A DNA stretch of 63,984 nt, filler included, from an uncultured bacterium (lineage in GTDB: Bacteria; CAZSTA01): the NCBI GenBank assembly GCA_964609495.1. It is 4 parts of 4 records of this genome, joined end to end, with 100 filler letters (N's around TTAATTAATTAA, not from the genome) between each part and the next. Parts side by side here need not be neighbours in the genome. Positions count along the whole stretch, not along the records: positions 1 to 16,719 come from CAZSTA010000068.1; positions 16,820 to 33,445 come from CAZSTA010000069.1; 2 more parts are not named here. One strand, written 5' to 3'. Every line of letters starts with the position of its first letter. The stretch's first letter is position 1. Both the position numbers and the translations under genes were made by a program. Below are positions 9,784-18,217 of this stretch, piece by piece. The notes beneath the pieces were generated by a model, which was not told the origin of the DNA, did not search any database, and saw only the letters and a program-made list of their open reading frames with translations.

Positions 9784-11390
9784 TTCGGAGAGAGATAGCG
9801 ATAGTGGGAGCAGGAGCCGCTGGTTTGGCTGCTGCTTTGGAGGCGACCAGATATGGCGCCGAGGTATTAGTTATAGATGAGAACGCTAGAGCCGGAGGGC
9901 AGTTATTCAAGCAGATCCATAAGTTCTTCGGCTCTCAGCTACATCGGGCTAAGGAAAGAGGAATGGATATAGGTCGCCGCCTCCTTGAGGAGGCCCAAGA
10001 AGCTGGGGCGGAGATATTGTTAAATACCTCCGTCCTTGGTTTTTATGAACCCAATTCATTAGCACTTCTGAGAAACGATAGGGTAGAGGAGCTACATGCC
10101 AAAAGGATAATTTTAGCCACTGGAGCCAATGAGAAGGCGATCGCCTTTCCTGGCTGGACTCTTCCGGGGGTGATGGGAGCAGGAGCCGCCCAAACGATGA
10201 TGAACTTGTATGGAGTCCTCCCCGGAAGAAATATTTTGATGATCGGCTCTGGGAATATAGGACTTATCGTCTCCTACCAGTTGCTTCAAGCTGGCGCAGA
10301 GGTGAAAGCCATCGTGGAGGCTAAACCTCAGATCGGAGGTTATGGAGTTCACGCCAGTAAAGTGCGCCGAGCGGGAGTTCCCATTTACGTATCTCATACC
10401 ATTAAGGAAGCCAAAGGCGGAGACGAAGTTGAGGGAGCTATCATAATCGCTCTTGATGATAAAGGGAATCATATCCCCACAAGTGAGAGGGAATTAGAGA
10501 TAGATACTATCTGCCTAGCAGTCGGATTATCTCCTCAAGTGGATCTAGCTCGCATGGCCGGATGTGAATTCATCTATATCCCAGAGTTAGGAGGGCATAT
10601 CCCGATCCACGATCGGAATATGGAGACCACTTCCTCCGGAGTCTATGTAGCTGGTGATGTCGCTGGGATCGAAGAAGCTAGCACTGCCATGGAGGAGGGA
10701 AGATTAGCAGGAATCTCGGCGGCTACCAGCTTAGGATATATCTCCTCTGAGGAGTCCGAAAGATTAAAGGGAGACATCCTAAATCGTTTAGAGGATCTTC
10801 GGGCTGGTCCCTTCGGTGAGGTGAGGAGAAGGGTTAAAAGGCGAATATCGGGTATTGATGAAGAGATCGATATAGAGGGAGATCTCAAATCATCCTCAAC
10901 TTTAAGAACGACGGGGGTTCTATCCCCTCAAGACTTATCTCAAGCGGAAGGAGTTCCGAGTATAGCTCGTTTGAAGAGAACTGCGGTGGCAGTTCTCGAG
11001 TGCATAGAGAGGATTCCTTGCAATCCCTGTCAGACCGCCTGCCCTAAAGGGGCGATCACCGTTGGGGATTCGATCGTGAATCTACCCCAGTTGAATGAGG
11101 ACGTATGCGATGGTTGTGGAAGATGCATTGCGGACTGCCCAGGGTTAGCGATCTTCGTAGTAAATATGAACTATAGGAAAGACGAGGCTCTGATAATGCT
11201 ACCCTACGAATATCTACCTCTTCCCAAAGTGGGAGAGAGGGTCAAGGCTCTTAACAGGAAGGGAGAGATAATAGGAGAGGCAAGGGTTATAAGAGTAAGA
11301 AACACTCCTCGTCAGGATCGAACTCCTATAATCTCTATCGCGGTAGCTAAAGAATTGGGGATGGAGGTCAGGAATATAGCTCCATTCTGA
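9780..11390 (+). CDS. FAD/NAD(P)-dependent oxidoreductase (proline dehydrogenase/sarcosine oxidase alpha-like) fused to a C-terminal 2x[4Fe-4S] ferredoxin module
   Basis: ATG at 9780 overlaps upstream TGA; IVGAGAAG, LATGA, FPGWTLPGV, GSGNIG, AGDVAG; CIERIPCNPCQTACP and CDGCGRCIADCP. Confidence 0.88.
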   Translation: MIRREIAIVGAGAAGLAAALEATRYGAEVLVIDENARAGGQLFKQIHKFFGSQLHRAKERGMDIGRRLLEEAQEAGAEILLNTSVLGFYEPNSLALLRNDRVEELHAKRIILATGANEKAIAFPGWTLPGVMGAGAAQTMMNLYGVLPGRNILMIGSGNIGLIVSYQLLQAGAEVKAIVEAKPQIGGYGVHASKVRRAGVPIYVSHTIKEAKGGDEVEGAIIIALDDKGNHIPTSERELEIDTICLAVGLSPQVDLARMAGCEFIYIPELGGHIPIHDRNMETTSSGVYVAGDVAGIEEASTAMEEGRLAGISAATSLGYISSEESERLKGDILNRLEDLRAGPFGEVRRRVKRRISGIDEEIDIEGDLKSSSTLRTTGVLSPQDLSQAEGVPSIARLKRTAVAVLECIERIPCNPCQTACPKGAITVGDSIVNLPQLNEDVCDGCGRCIADCPGLAIFVVNMNYRKDEALIMLPYEYLPLPKVGERVKALNRKGEIIGEARVIRVRNTPRQDRTPIISIAVAKELGMEVRNIAPF

Positions 11391-11446
11391 CAGTAGGTTT
11401 CTAACCTATAATAGGTAATCCAGTTTTCCTGGGCATAATGATCGAT

Positions 11447-11474
11447 TTCCCCTCACCCTACCGGGGGAGAGGGA
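11447..11474. repeat. Truncated copy of the BoxC/REPIN-like element
   Basis: TTCCCCTCACCCTAC..GGGGGAGAGGGA matches the tail and right half of the core hairpin of the other copies. Confidence 0.55.
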
Positions 11475-11486
11475 GTCTTGGTAGAA

Positions 11487-12581
11487 ATGAGAATATGTTT
11501 TATTGCTGATCCTAAAAGTATTCATATACAACGTTGGGCTAGATATCTTACAAATCGCTCTCATGAAGTGGTTATTTTATCGAGAGGAGAGGGATCGTTT
11601 GATAGTGTAAAATTAATAGATCCTTTCCTAAGAGAAGATAGCTTTATATCCAATATCCCCTGGATATACGGAATTATCAATTTAACCCGCTTCCGATTAG
11701 CTATTCGAAAACTCAAACCCGATATTGTTCATATCCACTTTATAAGCGCAAGGCATTTTGTTGATCTACTTTTCTATATTGGTATCAAAAATTTAACAGT
11801 TTCCAGTTGGGGATCTGATGTGATATGGGATTGTGAGGAAAAAGAGCCATTCAAACGCCGCTTTTGTATATCTGCTATTTTGCGCTTAGCAAAAGTTATC
11901 ACTACGACTACCCACTTCTTGGCAGATGTTACAAGAAGATACACTCCTAAAGGGAGAAAGATTCATGTTATTCCCTTTGGGGTTGATTGCGAAATTTTCC
12001 ATCCGGTGAGAAAGAGAGGAGAAATTGATAGACCCGTTACCCTGGGGTTTATCAAGCCAAATCTTAAACCTATCTATGGTCCTGAGTATTTAATTCAAGC
12101 AATGAAATTAATAGTTGCTAGATTCCCTTCTGCTAGACTTCTGATGGTTGGTTCTGGAGCGTTAGAAACTGGATTAAAAGAGATGGCAAGAAATATGGGA
12201 TTAAATAATAATATAGTTTTCAAAGGAGAAATTCCTTATTCGGAAGTCCCTTTAATTCTCGAACAAGTTGATATATTTGTTATGCCCTCAGTTAGAGAAG
12301 CTTTTGGGGTTGTAGCTATAGAGGCCGAGGCTATGGAGATCCCTGTTGTGGCCACTAAAGTGGGAGGGATTTCTGAAGCTGTGGTGGATGGAGAAACAGG
12401 CATCCTTGTGGAACCTCGAAATCCACAGCAACTTGCTGAAGCAATTATAACCCTGATTGAAGATTTAGAGCTTCGGTTTGAGATGGGGAGGAGAGGGAGA
12501 GAATTTGTGTTAGCTAATTATAGATGGGAAGATAATGCGAAGATGATGGAGGATATCTACTTTAGGATGATAAGGGGATAG
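11487..12581 (+). CDS. Glycosyltransferase family 4 (GT-B)
   Basis: MRICFI start; DIFVMPSVREAFGVVAIEAEA (EX7E); VATKVGGISE. Confidence 0.92.
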   Translation: MRICFIADPKSIHIQRWARYLTNRSHEVVILSRGEGSFDSVKLIDPFLREDSFISNIPWIYGIINLTRFRLAIRKLKPDIVHIHFISARHFVDLLFYIGIKNLTVSSWGSDVIWDCEEKEPFKRRFCISAILRLAKVITTTTHFLADVTRRYTPKGRKIHVIPFGVDCEIFHPVRKRGEIDRPVTLGFIKPNLKPIYGPEYLIQAMKLIVARFPSARLLMVGSGALETGLKEMARNMGLNNNIVFKGEIPYSEVPLILEQVDIFVMPSVREAFGVVAIEAEAMEIPVVATKVGGISEAVVDGETGILVEPRNPQQLAEAIITLIEDLELRFEMGRRGREFVLANYRWEDNAKMMEDIYFRMIRG

Positions 12582-12585
12582 AATT

Positions 12586-13335
12586 TTGAATTATTCATGC
12601 AGTGATAGTTATAGAGAACTTTATGAGGAAATAGCTCAAAAATTTCCTCAGAATAGATTATTGGAGGGATATCACCATTTTCGCAGGCTTCAAATGGTAT
12701 TGAAATTGATGGACAGATTAGGAGAGGATCTATTAGTGCTTGACGCTGGATGTGGCGATGGTATCCAGGCGGCAGCTATAAGTAATAAAAATAGAGTGAT
12801 TGGAATTGATATATCTCAAACTAGGCTACGACGAGCTCAGGAAATCGTCAATAAAGGGAGCTTCATCAATGGAGATTTGCTTAGCCTTCCGTTCAAGGAC
12901 AATATATTTGATGTAGTATTATTTCTAGAAGTTCTTGAGCATTTGCCTGGTCCTATTCCAGTTTTGAGAGAATTGAGACGAATTGTTAAGAGAGGAGGAT
13001 ATCTTATCCTAGATACCCCTTCAAAAACAAATATTGTAGATATCCTTCTTCGCTTAATCGGGAGGAATCCACCAAATTGGGGTCTCTATCTGGATAAGAG
13101 TCACCTTTTCTTCTATAATATGAGTGAAGTTAAGGGACTGCTGAAGAGGAGTGGATTTGATTGTCTCAAAGTTCGAGGGGCTCCCTGCCTAAGAATTAAT
13201 TTGCCTATATTGGAGGAATATACCTGGGATCGTAGAAGATGGGGGATATATAAATTTACCGATGCGGTATTAGGAGCAATCCCTTTTTTAAGACAACTGG
13301 GGGCATTTCAGGTATTTATGGCTCGAAAAATTTAG
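12586..13335 (+). CDS. Class I SAM-dependent methyltransferase (Methyltransf_11)
   Basis: VLDAGCGDG; GIDIS; LPFKDNIFDVV; EVLEH. Confidence 0.9.
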   Translation: MNYSCSDSYRELYEEIAQKFPQNRLLEGYHHFRRLQMVLKLMDRLGEDLLVLDAGCGDGIQAAAISNKNRVIGIDISQTRLRRAQEIVNKGSFINGDLLSLPFKDNIFDVVLFLEVLEHLPGPIPVLRELRRIVKRGGYLILDTPSKTNIVDILLRLIGRNPPNWGLYLDKSHLFFYNMSEVKGLLKRSGFDCLKVRGAPCLRINLPILEEYTWDRRRWGIYKFTDAVLGAIPFLRQLGAFQVFMARKI

Positions 13336-13346
13336 AGAGGTGATTA

Positions 13347-14681
13347 ATGTCCACATTCCTAAAGAATGTATCAGTGATTTTATTGGCTCAAATTATCACC
13401 TTTCTTTCAAGTATCGCTTCTAATATCCTTACTGCTCGAGTTTTAGGGCCAGAGGGGAAGGGGGTTCTAGCTATAGCAATGTTAATCTTCTCAATAATAG
13501 CCAGATTTAGTAGTCTAAGTATTGAGATATCAAATGTATATTTTATTGGACAGAGAAGGTATAAGGTCGCTGATATAGCAGGTAATTCAATTTTCCTAGG
13601 CATAATAATAAGCATAATAATTGGGGCTATATATTTCCCCCTGTTGCCCGACTTCGCTAAGTTGCTCTCTAAAGATATAGATATTAAATTCCTGGCGGCG
13701 GCATTTTTAGTTATACCTTTATCGCTTATAAGCAGTTATTTATCATCAGTGCTTCTAGGGATGCAACGAATTAAAGAGCTTTCGATGATAAATATCTCGA
13801 CTGCTCTAATTAGATTCGTCTTTCTCCTATTGTTTATAGTTATCCTGGATCTAGGGGTTGTAGGGGCTCTGATCGCAATCATTCTCATATCGACATGTCG
13901 GTTGATTTTAAATATTATACTTTTGAGAAGATATACCCAATTTAAAATTGCCAAGGATAAGAGATTGATCGAGGAATCTATTCGTTTCGGATTAAAGGGT
14001 CATATCGGGAATGTTCTCCAATTTTTCAATTATCGCTTAGATGTTTTCCTAGTCAACTTTTTTCTCGGAGCGAGGAGTGTGGGAATATATGCAACTTCAG
14101 TAACCCTTGCTGAATTGCTCTGGTATATCCCAAGTTCTGTGCAAACTGTTCTTCTATCAAAGACTGCTTCCTCGGATAGTGAGACTGCCAGACGGTTTAC
14201 TCCAATCGTATGCAGACACACCCTATTTATAACCACTTTGGCAGCTATATTATTAGCTTTGATTGGTAAACCTCTGATCCTAGTAGCTTTTACTGATAAA
14301 TTCGCAGGGGCAGTTCAGCCTTTATATCTATTACTAATTGGTATAATTGCTCTTAGCTTAAGTAAAGTAATCACAAGTGATCTTGCTGGACGTGGTATGC
14401 CATACTATATGACGTATGCGGTTTTGATATCACTAGTTTCCACTGTTATTTTTGATATCGCCTTAATTCCCAGGATAGGGATTGCAGGGGCAGCGATTGC
14501 TTCTTCTGTTGCTTATTGTATAACTACTGCTGTAGTAGTAGCTTTTTATATAGGTAATACCGGGGTGAAATTATCGGACATCTTGATCTTAAGGAAAGAT
14601 GATATAAAAATGTATTTATCTTTTTGGAGAGAGAAGCTGTATCCCAGGCTTAGGCACTATTTCAACATATGCTTCTTATGA
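13347..14681 (+). CDS. Oligosaccharide flippase (Wzx/RfbX, MOP superfamily)
   Basis: About 12 TM segments; ARVLGPEGKG; RLDVFLVNFFLG..SVGIY; LIPRIGIAGAAIA. Confidence 0.9.
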   Translation: MSTFLKNVSVILLAQIITFLSSIASNILTARVLGPEGKGVLAIAMLIFSIIARFSSLSIEISNVYFIGQRRYKVADIAGNSIFLGIIISIIIGAIYFPLLPDFAKLLSKDIDIKFLAAAFLVIPLSLISSYLSSVLLGMQRIKELSMINISTALIRFVFLLLFIVILDLGVVGALIAIILISTCRLILNIILLRRYTQFKIAKDKRLIEESIRFGLKGHIGNVLQFFNYRLDVFLVNFFLGARSVGIYATSVTLAELLWYIPSSVQTVLLSKTASSDSETARRFTPIVCRHTLFITTLAAILLALIGKPLILVAFTDKFAGAVQPLYLLLIGIIALSLSKVITSDLAGRGMPYYMTYAVLISLVSTVIFDIALIPRIGIAGAAIASSVAYCITTAVVVAFYIGNTGVKLSDILILRKDDIKMYLSFWREKLYPRLRHYFNICFL

Positions 14682-14735
14682 GGGAAACCTATGAAAGTAT
14701 CTTTAAGGACCATGTAACTCCAAAGCTACAAAATA

Positions 14736-14763
14736 AGAGAGCGCCAGATTCCCAGCGCTCTCT
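14736..14763. terminator. Hairpin between convergent flippase and skp genes (possible bidirectional terminator)
   Basis: AGAGAGCGC...GCGCTCTCT 9-bp stem. Confidence 0.55.
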
Positions 14764-14792
14764 ATGATTAGCGAAATTAAGGCGATGTCCTC

Positions 14793-15332
14793 CTACTTAA
14801 TATGGGCTAGATCTTGTCTGATCCTCTCCAAGACGACCTCGGTTAAATCGTGTTGAGGAGAAGCGTAGGCCACGTAAACTCTGGAGAAGATCATATCATA
14901 TCCCTGTTCTCCTCCCACCTCATTTATAGCTCTTTGAATATCCACTAACATCTTATCTTGAAGTTCCTTCTTCCTTTTATCTATCTCAGCTTGATATTCA
15001 TCGAGCTTACTTCTAAAATCAACCTTCTTTTGGGATAACATCGCGATCTCATTATCAGTAGCGGTTTTATCTGCAACCTTCTTCTCCAGAGCTTTAATCT
15101 CAGCATCAAGTATATTGAGAGCATCCCGACGAGCATTATACATATCAGTCAATTCTATCTCTATTTGCTTAAATTGAGGATGATTATCCATAGCCTTTTG
15201 AGCATCTACAAAGGCGATCTTCAATGATGGGCTGATAGCAGAGGCATTAGAACCAACTATAATCCAGGTTGTAAGAGCAGTCAAAATGACAATTAATAAT
15301 ATCCCTATTGAACCTTCTATTTTTATCTGCAC
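14793..15332 (-). CDS. skp: OmpH/Skp family periplasmic chaperone
   Basis: N-terminal hydrophobic segment; KIAFVD; coiled coil; GYDMIF...DLTEVVL. Confidence 0.85.
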   Translation of the reverse strand: MQIKIEGSIGILLIVILTALTTWIIVGSNASAISPSLKIAFVDAQKAMDNHPQFKQIEIELTDMYNARRDALNILDAEIKALEKKVADKTATDNEIAMLSQKKVDFRSKLDEYQAEIDKRKKELQDKMLVDIQRAINEVGGEQGYDMIFSRVYVAYASPQHDLTEVVLERIRQDLAHIK

Positions 15333-15463
15333 GATGTCCCCTCCAGTTACTCAAGTAAGGATTCGATACTAAATTGAGCTTGTAGTTCCGCAACTTCTAA
15401 CACACTACTCTAGTTTATCATATCCCTACCTCTTTGTCAAGCCTCATTTGAAAAATTAGAAAT

Positions 15464-15757
15464 TTAAGTAAGATCCCTTCTCTGCCCGAAATCATTCTCG
15501 CCACTCCTCATATCCTCTAAGATATCATATAAGCCACTGGCTTCCTTAGCGGAAACATTGCCTTCAGGAATATTCAGCACTCTTACTTTGAGACTTCTAT
15601 TACCAAAGCTCAAGGTGATCTCATCATCCTCCCTAACTTCGCTACTGCTCTTGGCTACTCTCTCATTTAGCTTGACTCTTCCTCCCTCACACATCTTTTT
15701 AGCTATCGTCCGTCTTTTTATCAGACGACTCACCTTCAAAAATTTATCTAAACGCAA
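15464..15757 (-). CDS. yabO: S4-domain RNA-binding protein (YabO/RqcP/Hsp15 family)
   Basis: MRLDKFLKVSRLIKRRTIAK...GRVKLN...AK; follows mazG. Confidence 0.9.
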   Translation of the reverse strand: MRLDKFLKVSRLIKRRTIAKKMCEGGRVKLNERVAKSSSEVREDDEITLSFGNRSLKVRVLNIPEGNVSAKEASGLYDILEDMRSGENDFGQRRDLT

Positions 15758-15776
15758 AGTATATCCTCCTTGATAA

Positions 15777-16556
15777 TTATTTTCTCTCCTTAGCCCTCTC
15801 CCACAATTCGTCCATCTGAGCTAAGGTTAAACCCTTCAATTCCTCTCCTTTTGCGGAAGCCATCTCCTCGATTAACCTAAAACGGCTTTCGAACTTTTTA
15901 ATAGCCTTCTGCAAAGCGGACTCTGGATCTACATTGAGAAAGCGAGAGAGATTAACTAAGGAGAAGAGAAGATCTCCTAACTCCTCTTCGATCTCCGCTT
16001 GAGCTTCGGAGAGACAAGCCTGCTTAAGCTCGGATAACTCCTCCTCGATCTTCTCCAACACTCCCTCTACTCTATCCCAATCGAAGCCATCCTTCGCCGC
16101 TTTCCTCTGCACCTTATAGGCGCGCATTAAGGCGGGAAGTTGACGAGGGATCCCATCGAGAATAGAAGTTCTATCGCGGTTGCTCTCTTCACCCCTCTTG
16201 ATCCGCTCCCAGTTGGTCAAAACCTCGCTCACCCCCGATACCTGGACTTCCCCAAATACATGAGGATGCCTGCGGATAAGCTTTCGACTAAGTCCTCTTA
16301 TCACCTGCTCGATATCGAAACGTCCTTCCTCAGAAGCTATCTGAGAATGGAGGAGAACCTGCATAAGTAGATCTCCTAGTTCCTCACAGAGCTCATCATC
16401 ATCTCCCTCATCGATCGCCTCCAACACCTCATAAGTCTCCTCGATGAGATCCGGTTTTAGGGAAGTATGAGTCTGGACTCTATCCCAAGGGCAGCCATTT
16501 TCACCTCTCAGACGGGCTACTATATCCAGAATCTCCTTGAAATAATCGATATCCAT
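15777..16556 (-). CDS. mazG: Nucleoside triphosphate pyrophosphohydrolase MazG
   Basis: GCPWDRVQT; EETYEVLEAI; EELGDLL twice; RRHPHVFG. Confidence 0.96.
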   Translation of the reverse strand: MDIDYFKEILDIVARLRGENGCPWDRVQTHTSLKPDLIEETYEVLEAIDEGDDDELCEELGDLLMQVLLHSQIASEEGRFDIEQVIRGLSRKLIRRHPHVFGEVQVSGVSEVLTNWERIKRGEESNRDRTSILDGIPRQLPALMRAYKVQRKAAKDGFDWDRVEGVLEKIEEELSELKQACLSEAQAEIEEELGDLLFSLVNLSRFLNVDPESALQKAIKKFESRFRLIEEMASAKGEELKGLTLAQMDELWERAKERK

Positions 16557-16577
16557 TTGATATTTTCTCCTCTATTT

Positions 16578-16719
16578 TTAAGTAGCTTCAAGTAAGCATT
16601 GGTTATCCTTAGTTTTTCGCCAGGGAGTTCAAGATATAATTCCCCCTCACCCTATCCCTCTCCCACGAGGGGAGAGGGAATTCCTGAGAACTGCGATTCC
16701 TTTTATTTCCCCCTCCCTT
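16578..16719 (-). repeat. BoxC/REPIN/MITE-like element (runs into the contig end)
   Basis: TTAAGTAGCTTCAAG end; CCCCCTCACCCTATCCCTCTCCC-ACGAG-GGGAGAGGG; closely matches the reverse complement of 47247-47401. Confidence 0.85.
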
Positions 16720-16819
16720 NNNNNNNNNNNNNNNNNNNNNNNNNNNNNNNNNNNNNNNNNNNNTTAATTAATTAANNNNNNNNNNNNNNNNNNNNNNNNN
16801 NNNNNNNNNNNNNNNNNNN
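16720..16819. other. Artificial contig-joining linker
   Basis: N44-TTAATTAATTAA-N44 (six-frame stop spacer). Confidence 0.97.
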
Positions 16820-17031
16820 TTAGCCTGTTCTTCAATCATAGTTTTGAGAATCTTTGGCCGGAAGGTATCGCCTGGATGGTGAAAAGAAACAGTTACTCTT
16901 CTACCATCAGAGTGAAGATGCTGACGATGGCTGCCTGATTTCCGATCGAGATTAAATCCATCTCTTTTTAAAGCACTAATCAACCTTCTGGCGGTTAGAG
17001 AACGAAGTTTTGAGTAATCAATTCCCATCAT
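16820..17031 (-). CDS. hicA: Type II toxin HicA (3' end truncated by the contig end)
   Basis: LISALKRDGF..RKSGSH...DGRRVTVSFH; directly downstream of hicB with ATGA overlap. Confidence 0.88.
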
Positions 17032-17273
17032 ACAGTAACAGCCACTGAGGGCTCAGAGAAGACTTTTACCTCTTTTTCTGGTTCTTCTGGGATCTTCTCC
17101 TGGTGTTCAATCATGCTCTCTACTGTCATCTGAACTACTTCTCTGATGTTTTTTAAAGCTTCTTCTTTGGTGTATCCCCAAGTAGCCCCACCTTTATCTT
17201 TAAGAACAGGACAGTAGGCAAACCACCTATCCTCATCAGGTTCAATTACTACTCTGAAGACATAAATCTTCAT
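17028..17273 (-). CDS. hicB: Type II antitoxin HicB (short form with no C-terminal DNA-binding domain)
   Basis: FRVVIEPDED..AYCP...ATWGYTKEEALKNIRE. Confidence 0.9.
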   Translation of the reverse strand: MKIYVFRVVIEPDEDRWFAYCPVLKDKGGATWGYTKEEALKNIREVVQMTVESMIEHQEKIPEEPEKEVKVFSEPSVAVTV

Positions 17274-17357
17274 TCTTCCTTCTCTAACCCCTTTTTGACC
17301 ACCTTATCAGAAGAGTCCAACTTAGATATATCTTATTATTGCCCCATCTTTGATTAT

Positions 17358-17386
17358 ATTATACTTCAAAATTGAGTTATAGTCAA
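17358..17386 (-). promoter_or_regulatory. sigma70 promoter for hicBA
   Basis: Minus strand TTGACT-17-TATAAT. Confidence 0.65.
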
Positions 17387-17408
17387 TAGTTTAGATTAAA
17401 AAGTAGGT

Positions 17409-17569
17409 ATGTAAACTTCGTGCTGGGAATAGATTAAGCAGTTTCCAAGAAGCTTCAAGGGGAATTATCTAAATCACCCTCCCGTCAAGGGAGGGGGATG
17501 TTCCCTCTCCCCTTGTGGGAGAGGGGGAAATTATATCTTGAATTCCCTACCAAAGAACTGAGCATAGCC
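17409..17569 (+). repeat. BoxC/REPIN/MITE-like element with shortened spacer; overlaps the 3' end of ORF 17531-17752
   Basis: ATGTAAACTTCGTGCTGGGAATAGATTAAGCAGTTTCC shared with the reverse complement of 55610-55654; hairpins CCCTCCC-GTCAA-GGGAGGG and CCCTCTCCC-CTTGT-GGGAGAGGG. Confidence 0.85.
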
Positions 17570-17752
17570 TCCCTTTAGATAATCCTCGATCTGAACTGGT
17601 CCCTTTCGAGAGGTCTTTATTATCCCCACCGGAGATTTTATCTCCCTATTCCTCTCCTTTTCCTGTAACTTCTTTATCAATTCGATCAACTCAGCTAGCT
17701 CTCTTTCTATCTCTAAAGCTTTCTTCTGTAGTAAATCCAGTTCGATGTTCAT
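17531..17752 (-). CDS. Small hypothetical coiled-coil protein (antitoxin-like size); C-terminus supplied by the repeat
   Basis: SD AGAGGGA; helical N-terminus; last ~12 codons lie inside the repeat. Confidence 0.5.
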   Translation of the reverse strand: MNIELDLLQKKALEIERELAELIELIKKLQEKERNREIKSPVGIIKTSRKGPVQIEDYLKGGYAQFFGREFKI

Positions 17753-17855
17753 AGTCGGTCCCTCTTTATATCCCGTTAAAATCCTATTTAAGTGACTTTG
17801 CTCATCCTTTATTATATCACATCACTTTCCTTCTAGCAACAAGCTGGGCGGTTGC

Positions 17856-18152
17856 TTACGCATCCTCTGGTATAGGATGACATATAACAGCGTGAATTTC
17901 TCTTCTAGCTTCATCTTTCGTTGCATCTTTCATAACTTGGCTGATGATTTCCCAGATATTCTGCTCCTGTTGTTCTGTTAAATCCAATCTATCAAAGCCT
18001 GCCTGCTTGCTTTGGGTCTTATACCAATTACATTTACCTTTGCAGACCGCCTTATGTAACTGGCTCCTTGCGGAAGCCCGGTTGATATTCTCCTTCTCCA
18101 CAATTTGATTGGTGATTTTCTCTACCTTCTGTTCCGATGTTAATTCTTGCAC
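17856..18152 (-). CDS. Hypothetical ~98-aa protein with two AR-x-x-[LI]H-x-x-[VI]C motifs
   Basis: AAGGAGG SD 9 nt before GTG at 18152; ARSQLHKAVC and ARREIHAVIC. Confidence 0.65.
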   Translation of the reverse strand: MQELTSEQKVEKITNQIVEKENINRASARSQLHKAVCKGKCNWYKTQSKQAGFDRLDLTEQQEQNIWEIISQVMKDATKDEARREIHAVICHPIPEDA

Positions 18153-18217
18153 TGCTTTATCCCTCCTTTTTTGGCAAGCAAGTAAAGACACTACTTTCAG
18201 ATCCTTATAGGATAGAG

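Noticed and set aside
16720-16819. Recurring TTAATTAATTAA palindrome at roughly 16.6-kb intervals (also 33490, 50131)
   Set aside because: Identical N44-12-N44 format with stops in all six frames: an artificial linker between contigs apparently sorted by length (16626, 16541 bp). Cross-linker neighbourhoods such as mazG-hicA are not real.
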